This document shows positions 23,385-32,929 of a stretch of 64,000 bases of DNA, one piece after another. The stretch is taken from assembly GCA_039028615.1 (NCBI GenBank), contig JBCCHT010000034.1, positions 32,001-96,000 on the forward strand, in the 5' to 3' direction. Each line of letters opens with the position of its first letter. The stretch's first letter is position 1. The notes under the pieces were generated by a model, which saw nothing but the letters and a program-made list of their open reading frames with translations, had not been told where the DNA came from and searched no databases. This DNA comes from Myxococcota bacterium. Lineage in GTDB: Bacteria; Myxococcota_A; Polyangia; Nannocystales; Nannocystaceae. A program made the position numbers and the translations under genes.

Positions 23385-23466
23385 GGCGGCCCCTGAACGC
23401 CAGGGCGCGAGAAGGTCTTACAGCCGACTTGACCCACCCACGTGGGCGCGGCGTAATCCCCTCCAC

Positions 23467-24459
23467 GTGGCAGGTTCTTCCCGCAGCGCCGTCGTCATCG
23501 CCTTGCTCGGCAACGGTGGCCTGACCATCCTCAAGTTCGCGGCTTTTGCCTTCTCGGGCTCGGGCGCGATGTTCTCCGAGGCCATCCACTCGCTCGCCGA
23601 TACCGTCAACCAGGGGCTGCTGTTCGTGGGCATCCGCGGCAGCGAGAAGCCGGCCGACGCCCTGTTCCCCTACGGGTACGGGGCCGACCGCTACCTCTAC
23701 TCGTTGCTGTCGGCCGTGGGCATCTTCGTGCTCGGCTGCGGGGTGACCGTCTATCACGGCGTCCACCACCTCATTCACCCCCCGGAGCTGTCGCTGTCGT
23801 GGGTGCCGCTGGCCGTGCTCGGGGTCAGCTTCGTCGTGGAGGGCTCGGTGCTGCTCACCGCGGCCCGGGTCGTGTGGTCCAAGAAGGGTGACCTGACGTT
23901 GCTGCAGTACCTGCGCAGCACCAGCGATCCCACCGCTGCCGCCGTGCTGCTCGAAGACGCGGTCGCCTGCGCGGGCGTGCTGGTGGCCTTCGTGGGCATC
24001 GCCCTCGCCCAGATCACGGGCAACCCGGTCTTCGACGCCCTGGGAGCCATCATCATCGGGCTGATGCTCGGGGCGGTGGCCGTGTGGCTCGGCATCCGCA
24101 ACCGCGCCCTGCTGCTCGGGCCGGCCATCCCCCGCGACCTGCAGGCCAAGGTGGAGACCTTCTTGCGGGAGCTGCCCGAGGTCCAGCGAATCCGACGCGT
24201 CCGCACCCGCATCGTGGGCGCCGACCGCTTCCGCTTCCAGGCCGAGCTCGACTTCGACGGCCGCGTGCTCGGGGCCCGGCTCGCCCAGCTGGTGCACGAG
24301 CGCTACGCCGAGCTGGGAGACGAAGCCGCGCGCGAGAAGTTCGCCGCCGACTTCGGCGAGCAGCTGCTCGACGAGCTGGGCCGGGAGGTCGACCGCATCG
24401 AGGCCCAGCTCGGCGAGAAGTACCCGCGGCTGAAGTACGTCGACCTCGAAGCCGACTGA
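23467..24459 (+). CDS. Cation diffusion facilitator (CDF) transporter
   Basis: SEAIHSLAD, FPYGYG and LLEDA motifs. Start inferred. Confidence 0.9.
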   Translation: MAGSSRSAVVIALLGNGGLTILKFAAFAFSGSGAMFSEAIHSLADTVNQGLLFVGIRGSEKPADALFPYGYGADRYLYSLLSAVGIFVLGCGVTVYHGVHHLIHPPELSLSWVPLAVLGVSFVVEGSVLLTAARVVWSKKGDLTLLQYLRSTSDPTAAAVLLEDAVACAGVLVAFVGIALAQITGNPVFDALGAIIIGLMLGAVAVWLGIRNRALLLGPAIPRDLQAKVETFLRELPEVQRIRRVRTRIVGADRFRFQAELDFDGRVLGARLAQLVHERYAELGDEAAREKFAADFGEQLLDELGREVDRIEAQLGEKYPRLKYVDLEAD

Positions 24460-24484
24460 GCGTTTCAGGCTCCACACGCACGAA

Positions 24485-24515
24485 GCCCGCGCGACGCGAG
24501 TGGCGTGGCGCGGGC
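24485..24515. terminator. Hairpin between convergent genes
   Basis: GCCCGCGC...GCGCGGGC stem. Confidence 0.45.
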
Positions 24516-24538
24516 CTCGGTTCGTCCGGGGGTTCGGC

Positions 24539-25126
24539 TCAGCTGGCCTTGAAGGACTTGCAGGCGGTGAGCATCGCGTCGACGTCGGCCTTGGCGAACG
24601 CCTGGCCCTTCTTGTCTTCGCAGTTGTACTTGGCGCCGTCGATCTCGAAGTTGGCGACGAAGTGGAACTCCGCCTTGCCCATGACCTCGGTCTCGTAGAC
24701 GAGCTCGGTCTCGTTCTCGGTCACGAAGCTCTTGAGCTTGTTGACGGTGTTGCCCTCGATCTCCTTCTTGCGAGCGGCGAGGTCGGCCGCCCCGGTGTTG
24801 ATCTGGAGCTGGAAGCTCTCGCCGGACTGCACCACGAAGGCACCGAAGTCCTCGGTCGCCTTCGCGCCCTCGGGAGCGTCGAGGATGCCGTCGAGGCCGA
24901 CGTCCTCGAGGTTGAGCGGAGCGAGCTTGACGGGCGCGGCCGGCTTGGCCTCGGCCTTGGCTTCGCCGCCGTCGGCCTTGGCATCGGCCTTGTCGTCGGC
25001 CTTCTTGTCGTCGCCCTTCTTTTTCGCGTCGGCCTTCTTGTCGTCGCCCTTCTTGTCACCCGAGTCACACGCGGGGGCCAGGGAGACCAAAAGCGAGAGC
25101 GCGAAGGATCCTGCGAGTCGTTTCAT
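24539..25126 (-). CDS. Lipoprotein with Lys/Asp/Ala-rich linker
   Basis: APAC lipobox; KKGDDKKAD repeats. Confidence 0.75.
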   Translation of the reverse strand: MKRLAGSFALSLLVSLAPACDSGDKKGDDKKADAKKKGDDKKADDKADAKADGGEAKAEAKPAAPVKLAPLNLEDVGLDGILDAPEGAKATEDFGAFVVQSGESFQLQINTGAADLAARKKEIEGNTVNKLKSFVTENETELVYETEVMGKAEFHFVANFEIDGAKYNCEDKKGQAFAKADVDAMLTACKSFKAS

Positions 25127-25181
25127 TGCGACCGCATGCTCGGAAAAACCGCGGCCGGCCGCAAGCCCCCCGAAAAAGTGC

Positions 25182-26606
25182 TCAGGCGAGCACGACCAGG
25201 ACGTACAGCGTGGCCAGGGCCAGCTGGACCAGCGCATAGGGCAGCGCCTTGGCCACGAACCCGGCAAACGACACCTTGAGGTCGTTCTTGTGCATGATCG
25301 TGACCGCGACCAGCGTGGAGGCCGAGCCGATCGGCGTGAGGTTGCCGCCCAAGTTCGCCCCGAACACCACCGACCACCACAGCGGGGAATCGGAGGGTTT
25401 GTCGAGGGCCTGGAGGATCTTGGCGAGCATCGCGGCGAGCGGAATGTTGTCGGTCACCGAGGAGAACCCGGCCGCGGCCACGAGGATGAGCCCGGTGCCC
25501 GCCGTCTCGCCCAGGTCGATGATCACCGCGAGCCCCTGGCCGATGAGGGTGAGCACCTGCGCGTGCTCCATCACGTTGATGACCACGAAGAGCCCCGCGA
25601 AGAAGCCCAGCAGGTCCCAGTCGATGGCCTTATAGAAGGTATCGACCGAGGACTTGTAGCGGGCCAGCATGATGACCGCGAAGGTCATCGCCACGTAGCC
25701 CATGCCCAGCTCGGAGATGTAGGGCAGCACCGAGGTCGTGGCGATGACCACGATGAAGGCCCCGAGCATGGCCACGCCGAACCAGAAGAAGCCCTGGCTC
25801 TCGATGCCGTCGTTCTCGTCGAAGCCGGAGACCAGCCTGGCCGCTTCCGCGCGCTCCTCGTCGTTGGCGAGCCGACGGATGCGGAACAGCCGAGCCCCCA
25901 TCAGCAGGGTGACCACGGTGGCCACGACCACGAAGGGCGCCGCGTTGATGAAGAAATCGACGAACGAGATGCCAGCCGCCGTGCCCACGATGATGTTCGG
26001 CACCGAAGAGATCAGCGTGAGCAGGCCCCCGATGTTGGTCAGCAGCCCCTCCACGAGCAGGAAGCCCAGCAGCTGCGACTCGCGGCCGAGCTTGCGCAGC
26101 GAGACCCCGGTCAACGAGCCCACGATGATCATCGCGGTCACGTTGTTGAGCACCGCGGAGAAGATCACGGTCATCAGGCCGTAGAACCACAGCAGCTTGA
26201 CCGGGTCGCCACCGCTGGCCTTGGTCAGCCGGATGGCGATCCAGGTGAACAGGCCCGACTTGGAGGTCACGTCCACGAACAGGCTCGACCCCAGGATGAT
26301 GGCGATGACCCCCCAGTCGATGGCCGGGATGTAGATGGGGATCGTCAGCCGCTCGTGGAAGACGTGGACCTCGGCCGTGCCGGGGATCAGCTGGAAGATC
26401 GAGCCCAGCAGCAGGCAGATCGCCGCAAAGACGCCCACGATGAACGACTTCTTGGCGTGGATCTTCTCCTCGAGAGCGAGACAGAGGATGAGCCCCACCA
26501 AGATCGCGGCGAAGATCAGCGTGGTGCTGGTCTCGACGGCATGGCCGCCGCCGCTGGCGAGCAAAGAGGGCACGGACGCGAGCAGAGATGACGGGTTCGC
26601 GATCAC
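25182..26606 (-). CDS. SLC13/ArsB/NhaD (IT superfamily) permease
   Basis: SAVLNNVT, SSVTDNIP and GANLGGNLTPIGS motifs; many TMs. Confidence 0.88.
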   Translation of the reverse strand: MIANPSSLLASVPSLLASGGGHAVETSTTLIFAAILVGLILCLALEEKIHAKKSFIVGVFAAICLLLGSIFQLIPGTAEVHVFHERLTIPIYIPAIDWGVIAIILGSSLFVDVTSKSGLFTWIAIRLTKASGGDPVKLLWFYGLMTVIFSAVLNNVTAMIIVGSLTGVSLRKLGRESQLLGFLLVEGLLTNIGGLLTLISSVPNIIVGTAAGISFVDFFINAAPFVVVATVVTLLMGARLFRIRRLANDEERAEAARLVSGFDENDGIESQGFFWFGVAMLGAFIVVIATTSVLPYISELGMGYVAMTFAVIMLARYKSSVDTFYKAIDWDLLGFFAGLFVVINVMEHAQVLTLIGQGLAVIIDLGETAGTGLILVAAAGFSSVTDNIPLAAMLAKILQALDKPSDSPLWWSVVFGANLGGNLTPIGSASTLVAVTIMHKNDLKVSFAGFVAKALPYALVQLALATLYVLVVLA

Positions 26607-26615
26607 GGGTCGTTC

Positions 26616-27476
26616 CTACAGCATGAGCAGCGGGATCTCGCGGAGCTCGACGGCGATGGGATGCGCCATGCCGTGCATGGCCATCTGGTCTTCGTCGCGC
26701 GTGTGCAGGGCCAGCACGTCGACGTCGTGCTCGCTCACCAGCCGCTTGTAGTCGGCCAGGCGGTGGCCCATGGTCACGATCTCGTCGATCTTGACCCGGG
26801 CGCCGGCCTTGGACAGCTCGGTGCGGCACGACTGGATGTAGTCGTGGGGCTCCTTGAGCAGCTGCTCGTGGATCGTCCGCCGGGCGATGCTCGTCTCGAG
26901 GGCCGGGATCTTGGAGATCACGTCGATCATGCGCTCGTAGGCGACTTCGTCCTCGACGTGGGTGAGCAGCAAGTGCCCGTCGTTCTCGGCGATCTTCACC
27001 GCCCAGTTCACCAAGCGGTCGTCGCCCGCGAGGTGATCGGTGACCGCCATGACCCGGGCCGTGCCGCGCTCGGCGAGCTGCTCGGGCGCCTGCTCGTTGG
27101 GGTTGGGGCAGACCAACACCGGGGCGCTGACGACCTGGGTGAGCACGTCGAGCGACTCGCCGAGGCTATGAGGCCAGCGCCAGCCGTCGGAGTGCAGGTT
27201 GCGATACGAGCACACCAGCTGGGGCTGCGCCGCCTCGACCCGCTCGAGCAGCTCGCCGGGGCTGCGGAAGTCGCTGCCCGTCAGCAACGGCCACTGCACG
27301 TCGCCGACCGAGCCGGCCCCGCTGAGGATCTTCTGCACCGCGCTCTTGAAGCGGCCCGCCCCTTCGGCGTCTTGATCGCTGACCACCAGCACCGTGGTCA
27401 GGTCGACGTCCTCGGGGACGAACACGGGCTTGGCAGCCGAACGAAATACACTCTCGAACTGGTCGACGTTGGTCAT
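26616..27476 (-). CDS. Universal-stress-protein-like (tandem USP) protein
   Basis: Two USP-like halves ('APVLV', 'LLLTHV', 'IPLLML'); 9 bp upstream of the permease. Confidence 0.6.
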   Translation of the reverse strand: MTNVDQFESVFRSAAKPVFVPEDVDLTTVLVVSDQDAEGAGRFKSAVQKILSGAGSVGDVQWPLLTGSDFRSPGELLERVEAAQPQLVCSYRNLHSDGWRWPHSLGESLDVLTQVVSAPVLVCPNPNEQAPEQLAERGTARVMAVTDHLAGDDRLVNWAVKIAENDGHLLLTHVEDEVAYERMIDVISKIPALETSIARRTIHEQLLKEPHDYIQSCRTELSKAGARVKIDEIVTMGHRLADYKRLVSEHDVDVLALHTRDEDQMAMHGMAHPIAVELREIPLLML

Positions 27477-27660
27477 GGCCCGCTCGCGGCGGGAGTATAC
27501 AAGCCCGCAAACCCGCCGAACGCGCAGGTTTACGGGGCTCTACGCCGACAATGGACCGACACGGTTCCGCGGCCAAACGAAAAACCGGCGAGCTCGGATC
27601 AGACCCAAGGGCAGAGGGTCTGAGCCGCGACTCGCCGGCGCCTCACTTCACTCATCGTTG

Positions 27661-27708
27661 GGCCCGAGGGGTCGACGCGGCATCGGGACCACGTCGACCC
27701 GTCGGGCC
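27661..27708. terminator. Long hairpin downstream of the Cys-rich lipoprotein gene
   Basis: GGCCCGA/TCGGGCC and GGGTCGACG/CGTCGACCC nested stems. Confidence 0.5.
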
Positions 27709-27742
27709 TCAGGCCAAGGTCAGGCCAATCTCCGAACCAATC

Positions 27743-28687
27743 TCAGGCCGGCAGGGCGCAGGCACCCACGGACTCGTATCCCGGAGGGGCATCGCCCTCC
27801 TCGTACCAGGGCTGGCAGGTCTGCCCGGTTCCGGGGCACTCCGCGTCGGCGTCGACGTCTTCGAGGTCGCACACGGGCGAGCAGCAGCCCACCGAGCCCT
27901 GGCAGTCGGGCCATGCCGCGGCACCGACACAGATGTTGCCGGGCGAGCACACGTTGATGAACTCGCAGGAGTCACCCGCCGCACCCATCTCACCGGAGGC
28001 ATCGGGCGCACAGACCCACTCGTCGGCCACCGGGTAGCAGGCCTGACCCTCGGCACAGTCCTGCACCAGGGGATCGCACGAGGGCAGGCACAGCGCGATG
28101 ACGCCTTCGTTGGTCACCGTGCACGCGGCATCCGGGTCCTCGCACAACGGTGCCGAGGGATCGCCCGCACACATCGGCACGCAGGTACCCGCGTTGGTCT
28201 CGGGATCGACGTCCCAGCACATCGACGCGATGTCACAGTCGTCGTAGCCGGACGTGCCCGAGCCCTCGACGTAGCAGGTGTCACCCGGCTGCGCCGGGTT
28301 GTCGGAGATGGGCACGCACTGGGTGGCGTTCCACGAGCCCCCGCCATCGTTGGCGTAGGGCATGCACTTTTCATCCTCGGGACAGTCCTGCGCGAAGATG
28401 TCGCAGCCGGGGACGATGACGCCGTCGGTGTCCTCGGGGCAGTCGATGAAGCTGCACTCGTCGGTGTCGGCCTCGGGCTCGCCGGTCTCCGTCCCCTCCT
28501 GCTCTTCGCCCGTCGCCTGACCGGGGGGCTCCAGCGGAGGCTGCGAATCACCCGTCGGATCCTCTGGATCTTCGGTAGCGGCCATCGCGCCAGTGTCGGT
28601 GAGGTCGAGGTCGGGCGTGCCGCACGCGGTCAGCGCAAGGACCGCGATTCCAGTGAGGGTAAGCTCCAATTTCGCCGATATCGTCAT
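27743..28687 (-). CDS. Cys-rich myxobacterial lipoprotein
   Basis: LTAC lipobox; CDIFAQDCPEDEKC and CDPLVQDC repeats. Confidence 0.8.
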   Translation of the reverse strand: MTISAKLELTLTGIAVLALTACGTPDLDLTDTGAMAATEDPEDPTGDSQPPLEPPGQATGEEQEGTETGEPEADTDECSFIDCPEDTDGVIVPGCDIFAQDCPEDEKCMPYANDGGGSWNATQCVPISDNPAQPGDTCYVEGSGTSGYDDCDIASMCWDVDPETNAGTCVPMCAGDPSAPLCEDPDAACTVTNEGVIALCLPSCDPLVQDCAEGQACYPVADEWVCAPDASGEMGAAGDSCEFINVCSPGNICVGAAAWPDCQGSVGCCSPVCDLEDVDADAECPGTGQTCQPWYEEGDAPPGYESVGACALPA

Positions 28688-28785
28688 TCCAGTGGGGTCC
28701 TTGTTGCCGACCCGCGATATGCGGGCCTCGAAAGTCAGACTGACCCGCAACTCCTATAACGTCAATAACTAACATTCGAAAAAGC

Positions 28786-28807
28786 AGTTTTATTATTTTA
28801 TAAAACT
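28786..28807. promoter_or_regulatory. Palindromic operator candidate in an AT-rich divergent promoter
   Basis: AGTTTTAT-N6-ATAAAACT perfect inverted repeat. Confidence 0.6.
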
Positions 28808-28908
28808 AACGTTGAGCAGGTTCGGATGGTTCGTCCCGAACTCTGTGCTGATTGCAACGATAACCACAGAGGGACCTCGGGCGTACGCCGCTATGGAAGC
28901 CAACGCCC

Positions 28909-30099
28909 ATGCTCAGATTTGCTCCCCTCGCTTGCTCTTTGACCCTGCTCTTTGGCGCGACCGCACTCGGCTCGGGCTGCGCAACCGAGGACCCCGCCAC
29001 CGAGGACGACGGGGGCGTCACCGATCCAGCGGCGGTCGCCGAGGGCGAGGAGATCTTCCGCAATGCGGTCGAGGGCGGCAACACCTTCACGTGCGCGACC
29101 TGCCATGCGCTGAGCGAGCCCTCGAGCGATGGCCTTCGCCGCGTGGGGCACTCGGTAGGCGATGCAGCCCACCGACCGAGCTACAAAAACGGCGAGCTCG
29201 CCGAGCTTCGTGACGCGGTCAACTCGTGCCTCGAAGAGTGGATGAACGCGGACGCATGGGATGCCGAGGACGAGCGGTGGTTGGCGCTCGAAGAGTTCCT
29301 CGAGGCGCAAGCTCCCGACGGGCCCGCGCCCGCGCTCGCGTACGAGGTCGTTCAGCCTCCCGCCGACGATCAGCTGGGCGGAGGTGATGCCGAAGCGGGG
29401 CGTGCCCTGTTCGATGCGAGCTGCTCCGTGTGCCACGACATCGGTGGCGTGGGCAGCAACCTCGGGCTTCCCGTGGCCGGCCGCGGCCTCGAGCCCACCT
29501 ACGCGGCCCGACGCATCCGCACCAGCGGCCGTGCCGATAGCGATGTCTATGAAGGACTGACCGGCGGCGTCATGCCGTTTTGGGCGGCCGACCGCCTGAG
29601 CGACGAGGAGCTACGCGACCTACTGGCGTGGCTGGCCATCGTCGAAGAGCCGGCCGATCCCACCGATCCGCCCGACCCCACGGACCCGCCCGATCCCACC
29701 GATCCGCCCGACCCCACGGACCCGCCCGATCCCACGGACCCGCCCGATCCCACGGGCTGCACCTCGAGCCATCCGATGGTGGGGGCGACCGCCGTGCTCA
29801 CCGAGCTGTTCCACGACGTGGGCGGTATCGCGGAGGTCATCGACGACTGCACCATCGAGATCCGCGAGTTCACCTTCGACGGCCAGGGCATCGACGTCCG
29901 GCTCTACGGTGGCCTCGGCGGCAACTACGACGACGGCTTCGCGATCGGCGACAACCTGCTGAACCCGGCGGGCTGGAACGGCAAGACCGTCCGCTTCACG
30001 CTTCCCGACGACCGCAGCATGGACGATCTCGACGGCGTCAGCGTGTGGTGCGTGCCGGTCGGGGTCGACTTCGGCAGCGGCATGTTCAGCCACGACTAG
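28909..30099 (+). CDS. Diheme c-type cytochrome lipoprotein with C-terminal DM13 domain
   Basis: CATCH and CSVCH; GVMP; DM13 motifs 'IREFTFDGQG', 'LPD', 'VSVWC..DFG'. Confidence 0.8.
   Translation: MLRFAPLACSLTLLFGATALGSGCATEDPATEDDGGVTDPAAVAEGEEIFRNAVEGGNTFTCATCHALSEPSSDGLRRVGHSVGDAAHRPSYKNGELAELRDAVNSCLEEWMNADAWDAEDERWLALEEFLEAQAPDGPAPALAYEVVQPPADDQLGGGDAEAGRALFDASCSVCHDIGGVGSNLGLPVAGRGLEPTYAARRIRTSGRADSDVYEGLTGGVMPFWAADRLSDEELRDLLAWLAIVEEPADPTDPPDPTDPPDPTDPPDPTDPPDPTDPPDPTGCTSSHPMVGATAVLTELFHDVGGIAEVIDDCTIEIREFTFDGQGIDVRLYGGLGGNYDDGFAIGDNLLNPAGWNGKTVRFTLPDDRSMDDLDGVSVWCVPVGVDFGSGMFSHD
29656..29754 (+). repeat. 18-bp tandem repeat encoding (DPTDPP)x5.5
   Basis: GAYCCCACSGAYCCGCCC units seen directly. 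Confidence 0.9.
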
Positions 30100-30117
30100 G
30101 CCGAAGCCCCAACGCAC

Positions 30118-30153
30118 TCGAGCCGAGCCAGGGGAACACCCGGCTCGGCTCGA
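30118..30153. terminator. Hairpin between convergent genes
   Basis: TCGAGCCGAGCC/GGCTCGGCTCGA 12-bp stem. Confidence 0.55.
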
Positions 30154-30187
30154 TTCGTCTGGCGATGGTCCGCGGGGACGCGTCGGC

Positions 30188-30820
30188 CTACATGCACTCC
30201 TTGGGCAGCGGGACCTCGCAGCAGGTGGTGTCCCACTGGCAGTCGAGGCCGCAGGGCAGCGGGGTGGTGGAGGTGCCCATGCCGAGCGCCTGGCACGAGG
30301 GGCCGGGATCGCTGTCGAGCTCGCACAGCTCGTTGCCGTTGAGCACCGTGTCGCCGCAGAAGCTGCACATGCCGAAGTCGAACAGGCAGCTGGCCATGTT
30401 GCAGTCCAGCACGCCGCCCGTGTAGACGCGATCCGGGAACAGCGGGTTGGTCAGGCCGGCGCACATGTTGCCGTTGAGGCCGGAGGGCGTGCAGAAGTCC
30501 TCGCCGCAGTCGCACTGCTCCGTGCCGGAGATGACCGCGTCGCCGCACTGCTGGCCGCTGATCGTATCGCTGCCACTCTCGTCCTCACCGGTGTCCGTCG
30601 CCCCCGTGTCGGTGGCGGCATCGGTCGTCATCGGATCGGTCGTGGTGGTCGTGGTGGTGGTGGTCGTCGTCGTCGTCGACGTGGTCGAGTCTTCCGCCAT
30701 CCCCGTCGACGTCGACGGAGAGTCGCCGTTCGTCGTGTCGACCACGGCGGAGTCGTCCGCGGCTGGGCACGCAACCAGAGACACCAAGAGCAGGGCAGTC
30801 GAGTAACGAAGCAATCGCAT
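30188..30820 (-). CDS. Thr-rich, Cys-rich lipoprotein
   Basis: LVAC lipobox; poly-Thr linker; CGD..EQCD repeats. Confidence 0.75.
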   Translation of the reverse strand: MRLLRYSTALLLVSLVACPAADDSAVVDTTNGDSPSTSTGMAEDSTTSTTTTTTTTTTTTTDPMTTDAATDTGATDTGEDESGSDTISGQQCGDAVISGTEQCDCGEDFCTPSGLNGNMCAGLTNPLFPDRVYTGGVLDCNMASCLFDFGMCSFCGDTVLNGNELCELDSDPGPSCQALGMGTSTTPLPCGLDCQWDTTCCEVPLPKECM

Positions 30821-31004
30821 CGGCCCAATTTATGGCGAACTCCGAGGGCAAACTTCGAAAAACTCGCGAAAGTTCACCCTGTGCGGCGTTGGAGGCCACA
30901 CACCGGCCACTGCGCACGGCCTTGCCGAGAGCCCGAGGCTCACAACGCGCACTTCACGTGCTCACAAAAACTACAAAAAGTAATCCGACACACGCGACCG
31001 GGGG

Positions 31005-31553
31005 TCAATAGTCGTCGTCGTCATCGTCGTCGTCGTCGTCGTCGCTGCCGGTGAAGACCAACGCGGTGACCAACGCGGCGTAGACCGCTTCTCGATCGCC
31101 GTGGGCTCGCATCTCGTGCGAGGTGCCGTCGGCGGAGACGATGAGATCACCCGCTCGATAGTGGTTGCCCGAGTCGTCGACGAGCTCGCCCTGCAGCAGC
31201 AGCACTCGCTCCTCACCCACGTGCGTGTGATGGGGGAACAGCTCGCCGGGCGAGAGCCGGACCATGCCTCCGTGGGCCTCGCCCACCGCCGGCCCGCATT
31301 CGAAGTCGCGGTAGCGGACGCCGGGCAGCATGTCTTCCCACGCGCCCTCGTCGTCGACGCTGTGCAGGTGGCCTTGCGCCTCGGCCTCGGGCAGGTCGAA
31401 CAGCGCCATCACTCGGTCCATGAAGGGCAAGAAGCGCTCGCGTCCGCCGGCCTTCGCCAGCAGCTGCGCCGTGAGGTCCTTGCCGGGAGCCAAAGGTCCC
31501 AGGCCGCGGGCGAGAAACGCCAGCACCCCCTCGTCGAAGGTTTCGTCGCTCAT
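31005..31553 (-). CDS. ChrR-like cupin protein (putative anti-sigma factor)
   Basis: 'FPHHTHVGEERVLLLQG...GTSH' cupin; overlaps the sigma gene stop by 4 bp; poly-Asp tail. Confidence 0.75.
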   Translation of the reverse strand: MSDETFDEGVLAFLARGLGPLAPGKDLTAQLLAKAGGRERFLPFMDRVMALFDLPEAEAQGHLHSVDDEGAWEDMLPGVRYRDFECGPAVGEAHGGMVRLSPGELFPHHTHVGEERVLLLQGELVDDSGNHYRAGDLIVSADGTSHEMRAHGDREAVYAALVTALVFTGSDDDDDDDDDDDY

Positions 31554-32134
31554 TGGAGACCTCCTCCGGCCACGCCGACCGTGGTCATCGCCACCCGCAG
31601 CTTGCTCAGCGCGGCGGCGGTTCGCGACTTCACCGTGCCCAAGGGTGAGCCCATCCGCGTGGCGATTTCCGACGAGGACAGCCCGTGGAAATAACTCAGC
31701 TCGATGACCTGCCGCTGCTCTTCGGGAAGCTGCTCGATGGCCTGCCGTACCATCGCGCGGTCGGGCTGCAGCTCGGGATCTTCGGGGGTCGACTCGGGTC
31801 GGCTCGGGCTGACCTCTTCGACCGCGACCTCGCGTCGGTTTCGAGCGGAGCGCAGGCGGTCGAGCGCGCGACTTCGCAACCGCACCAGCAGCCAGGTCCG
31901 CACGCTGCCCCGGCTCGCATCGAAGGCGTGGGCGCGTCGCCAGACCTCCATGAAGACGTCTTGGGTCAAGTCCTCGGCCTGCGTCTTGTCGCCCAGGATC
32001 TTGTTGGCCATGGCCAGCATCAAACCCGAGTGACGATCGTAGAGCACGGCCAACGCTTCGACCTCGCCGCGCGCGGCCTCGCGAACGACCTCGGCGTCCT
32101 CCATTTCGCGGAGCGGGGGAGTCGGAGAGTCCAT
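31550..32134 (-). CDS. ECF RNA polymerase sigma factor
   Basis: AEDLTQDVFMEVW; LPEEQRQVIELSYFHGLSSSEIA...GTVKSR. Confidence 0.92.
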   Translation of the reverse strand: MDSPTPPLREMEDAEVVREAARGEVEALAVLYDRHSGLMLAMANKILGDKTQAEDLTQDVFMEVWRRAHAFDASRGSVRTWLLVRLRSRALDRLRSARNRREVAVEEVSPSRPESTPEDPELQPDRAMVRQAIEQLPEEQRQVIELSYFHGLSSSEIATRMGSPLGTVKSRTAAALSKLRVAMTTVGVAGGGLQ

Positions 32135-32350
32135 GCGCGTCACCCGCCACCGTAGGACGTCTGAGGATGATTGGTCAATTCGAGAACGGCGAGATTCCCG
32201 AGACGGGGCCAGAGTGACGTGCACAAGATGCTCCTCGTTGCTCTTCGCAGGAGCTACGGGGCACGACCGCGCTCGGATCGATTCGAACGCGTACGGCGTC
32301 GCGACCGCCACCGACGATCGCGTCCGCGGCGAGGCGTCACCGAAGCGAGA

Positions 32351-32764
32351 TCACTGCTCGGGGCTCGGCTCGGCACTGCCCTCGGCGTTGGGCAGCTTGT
32401 CGTAGAGCTTGTGGAACGCCTTGTCGTAGCGCCGCATCTGCCCCACGTTCGTCACTTTGATCCGTCCCTTGAGGAACGCGACCATCGGGTTCTTCTTGCC
32501 CATTTCCACGCCGACGTAGGTCTTGGCCGGCATGCTCACCGTGCACGCCGGGTCACCGTGCAGGCCTTCTTCGACGCGGCAGGTACCGTCTTCGATCCAC
32601 ACCGTCCACTCGGGCTTGTCGTCGCCACGCAGGACGAAGTGGAAGGCACCATTGAATCCCTCGACACGCTCGGGCTTCAGGCGCGCCGGAAGGCTGCGAA
32701 CGATCGCTTCGACCTCGGGGGGGGTGTCGGCAACGGTAGGGCGCGTCACGGCGGGGCGCACCAT
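32351..32764 (-). CDS. SCP2 sterol/lipid-binding domain protein
   Basis: 'NPMVAFLKGRIKV' SCP2 signature. Confidence 0.8.
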   Translation of the reverse strand: MVRPAVTRPTVADTPPEVEAIVRSLPARLKPERVEGFNGAFHFVLRGDDKPEWTVWIEDGTCRVEEGLHGDPACTVSMPAKTYVGVEMGKKNPMVAFLKGRIKVTNVGQMRRYDKAFHKLYDKLPNAEGSAEPSPEQ

Positions 32765-32929
32765 AGCAGCCCCCGATCGCCGCTTCCACGTGGCCGCGAT
32801 CACCCATCGTCCACGATGCAATGTGCCCGACATCGCTCGTCGACCGAGTTTTCGGTTCGTGTCGATTCTTCGTGAACCGAAACCCCGGACCGGCAACGAC
32901 CCTGATGCAGGCCGTGAGCCGGCGAGGAG

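Noticed and set aside
29656..29754. Tandem repeats as a CRISPR array
   Set aside because: No spacers, in-frame Pro-rich linker, no cas genes.
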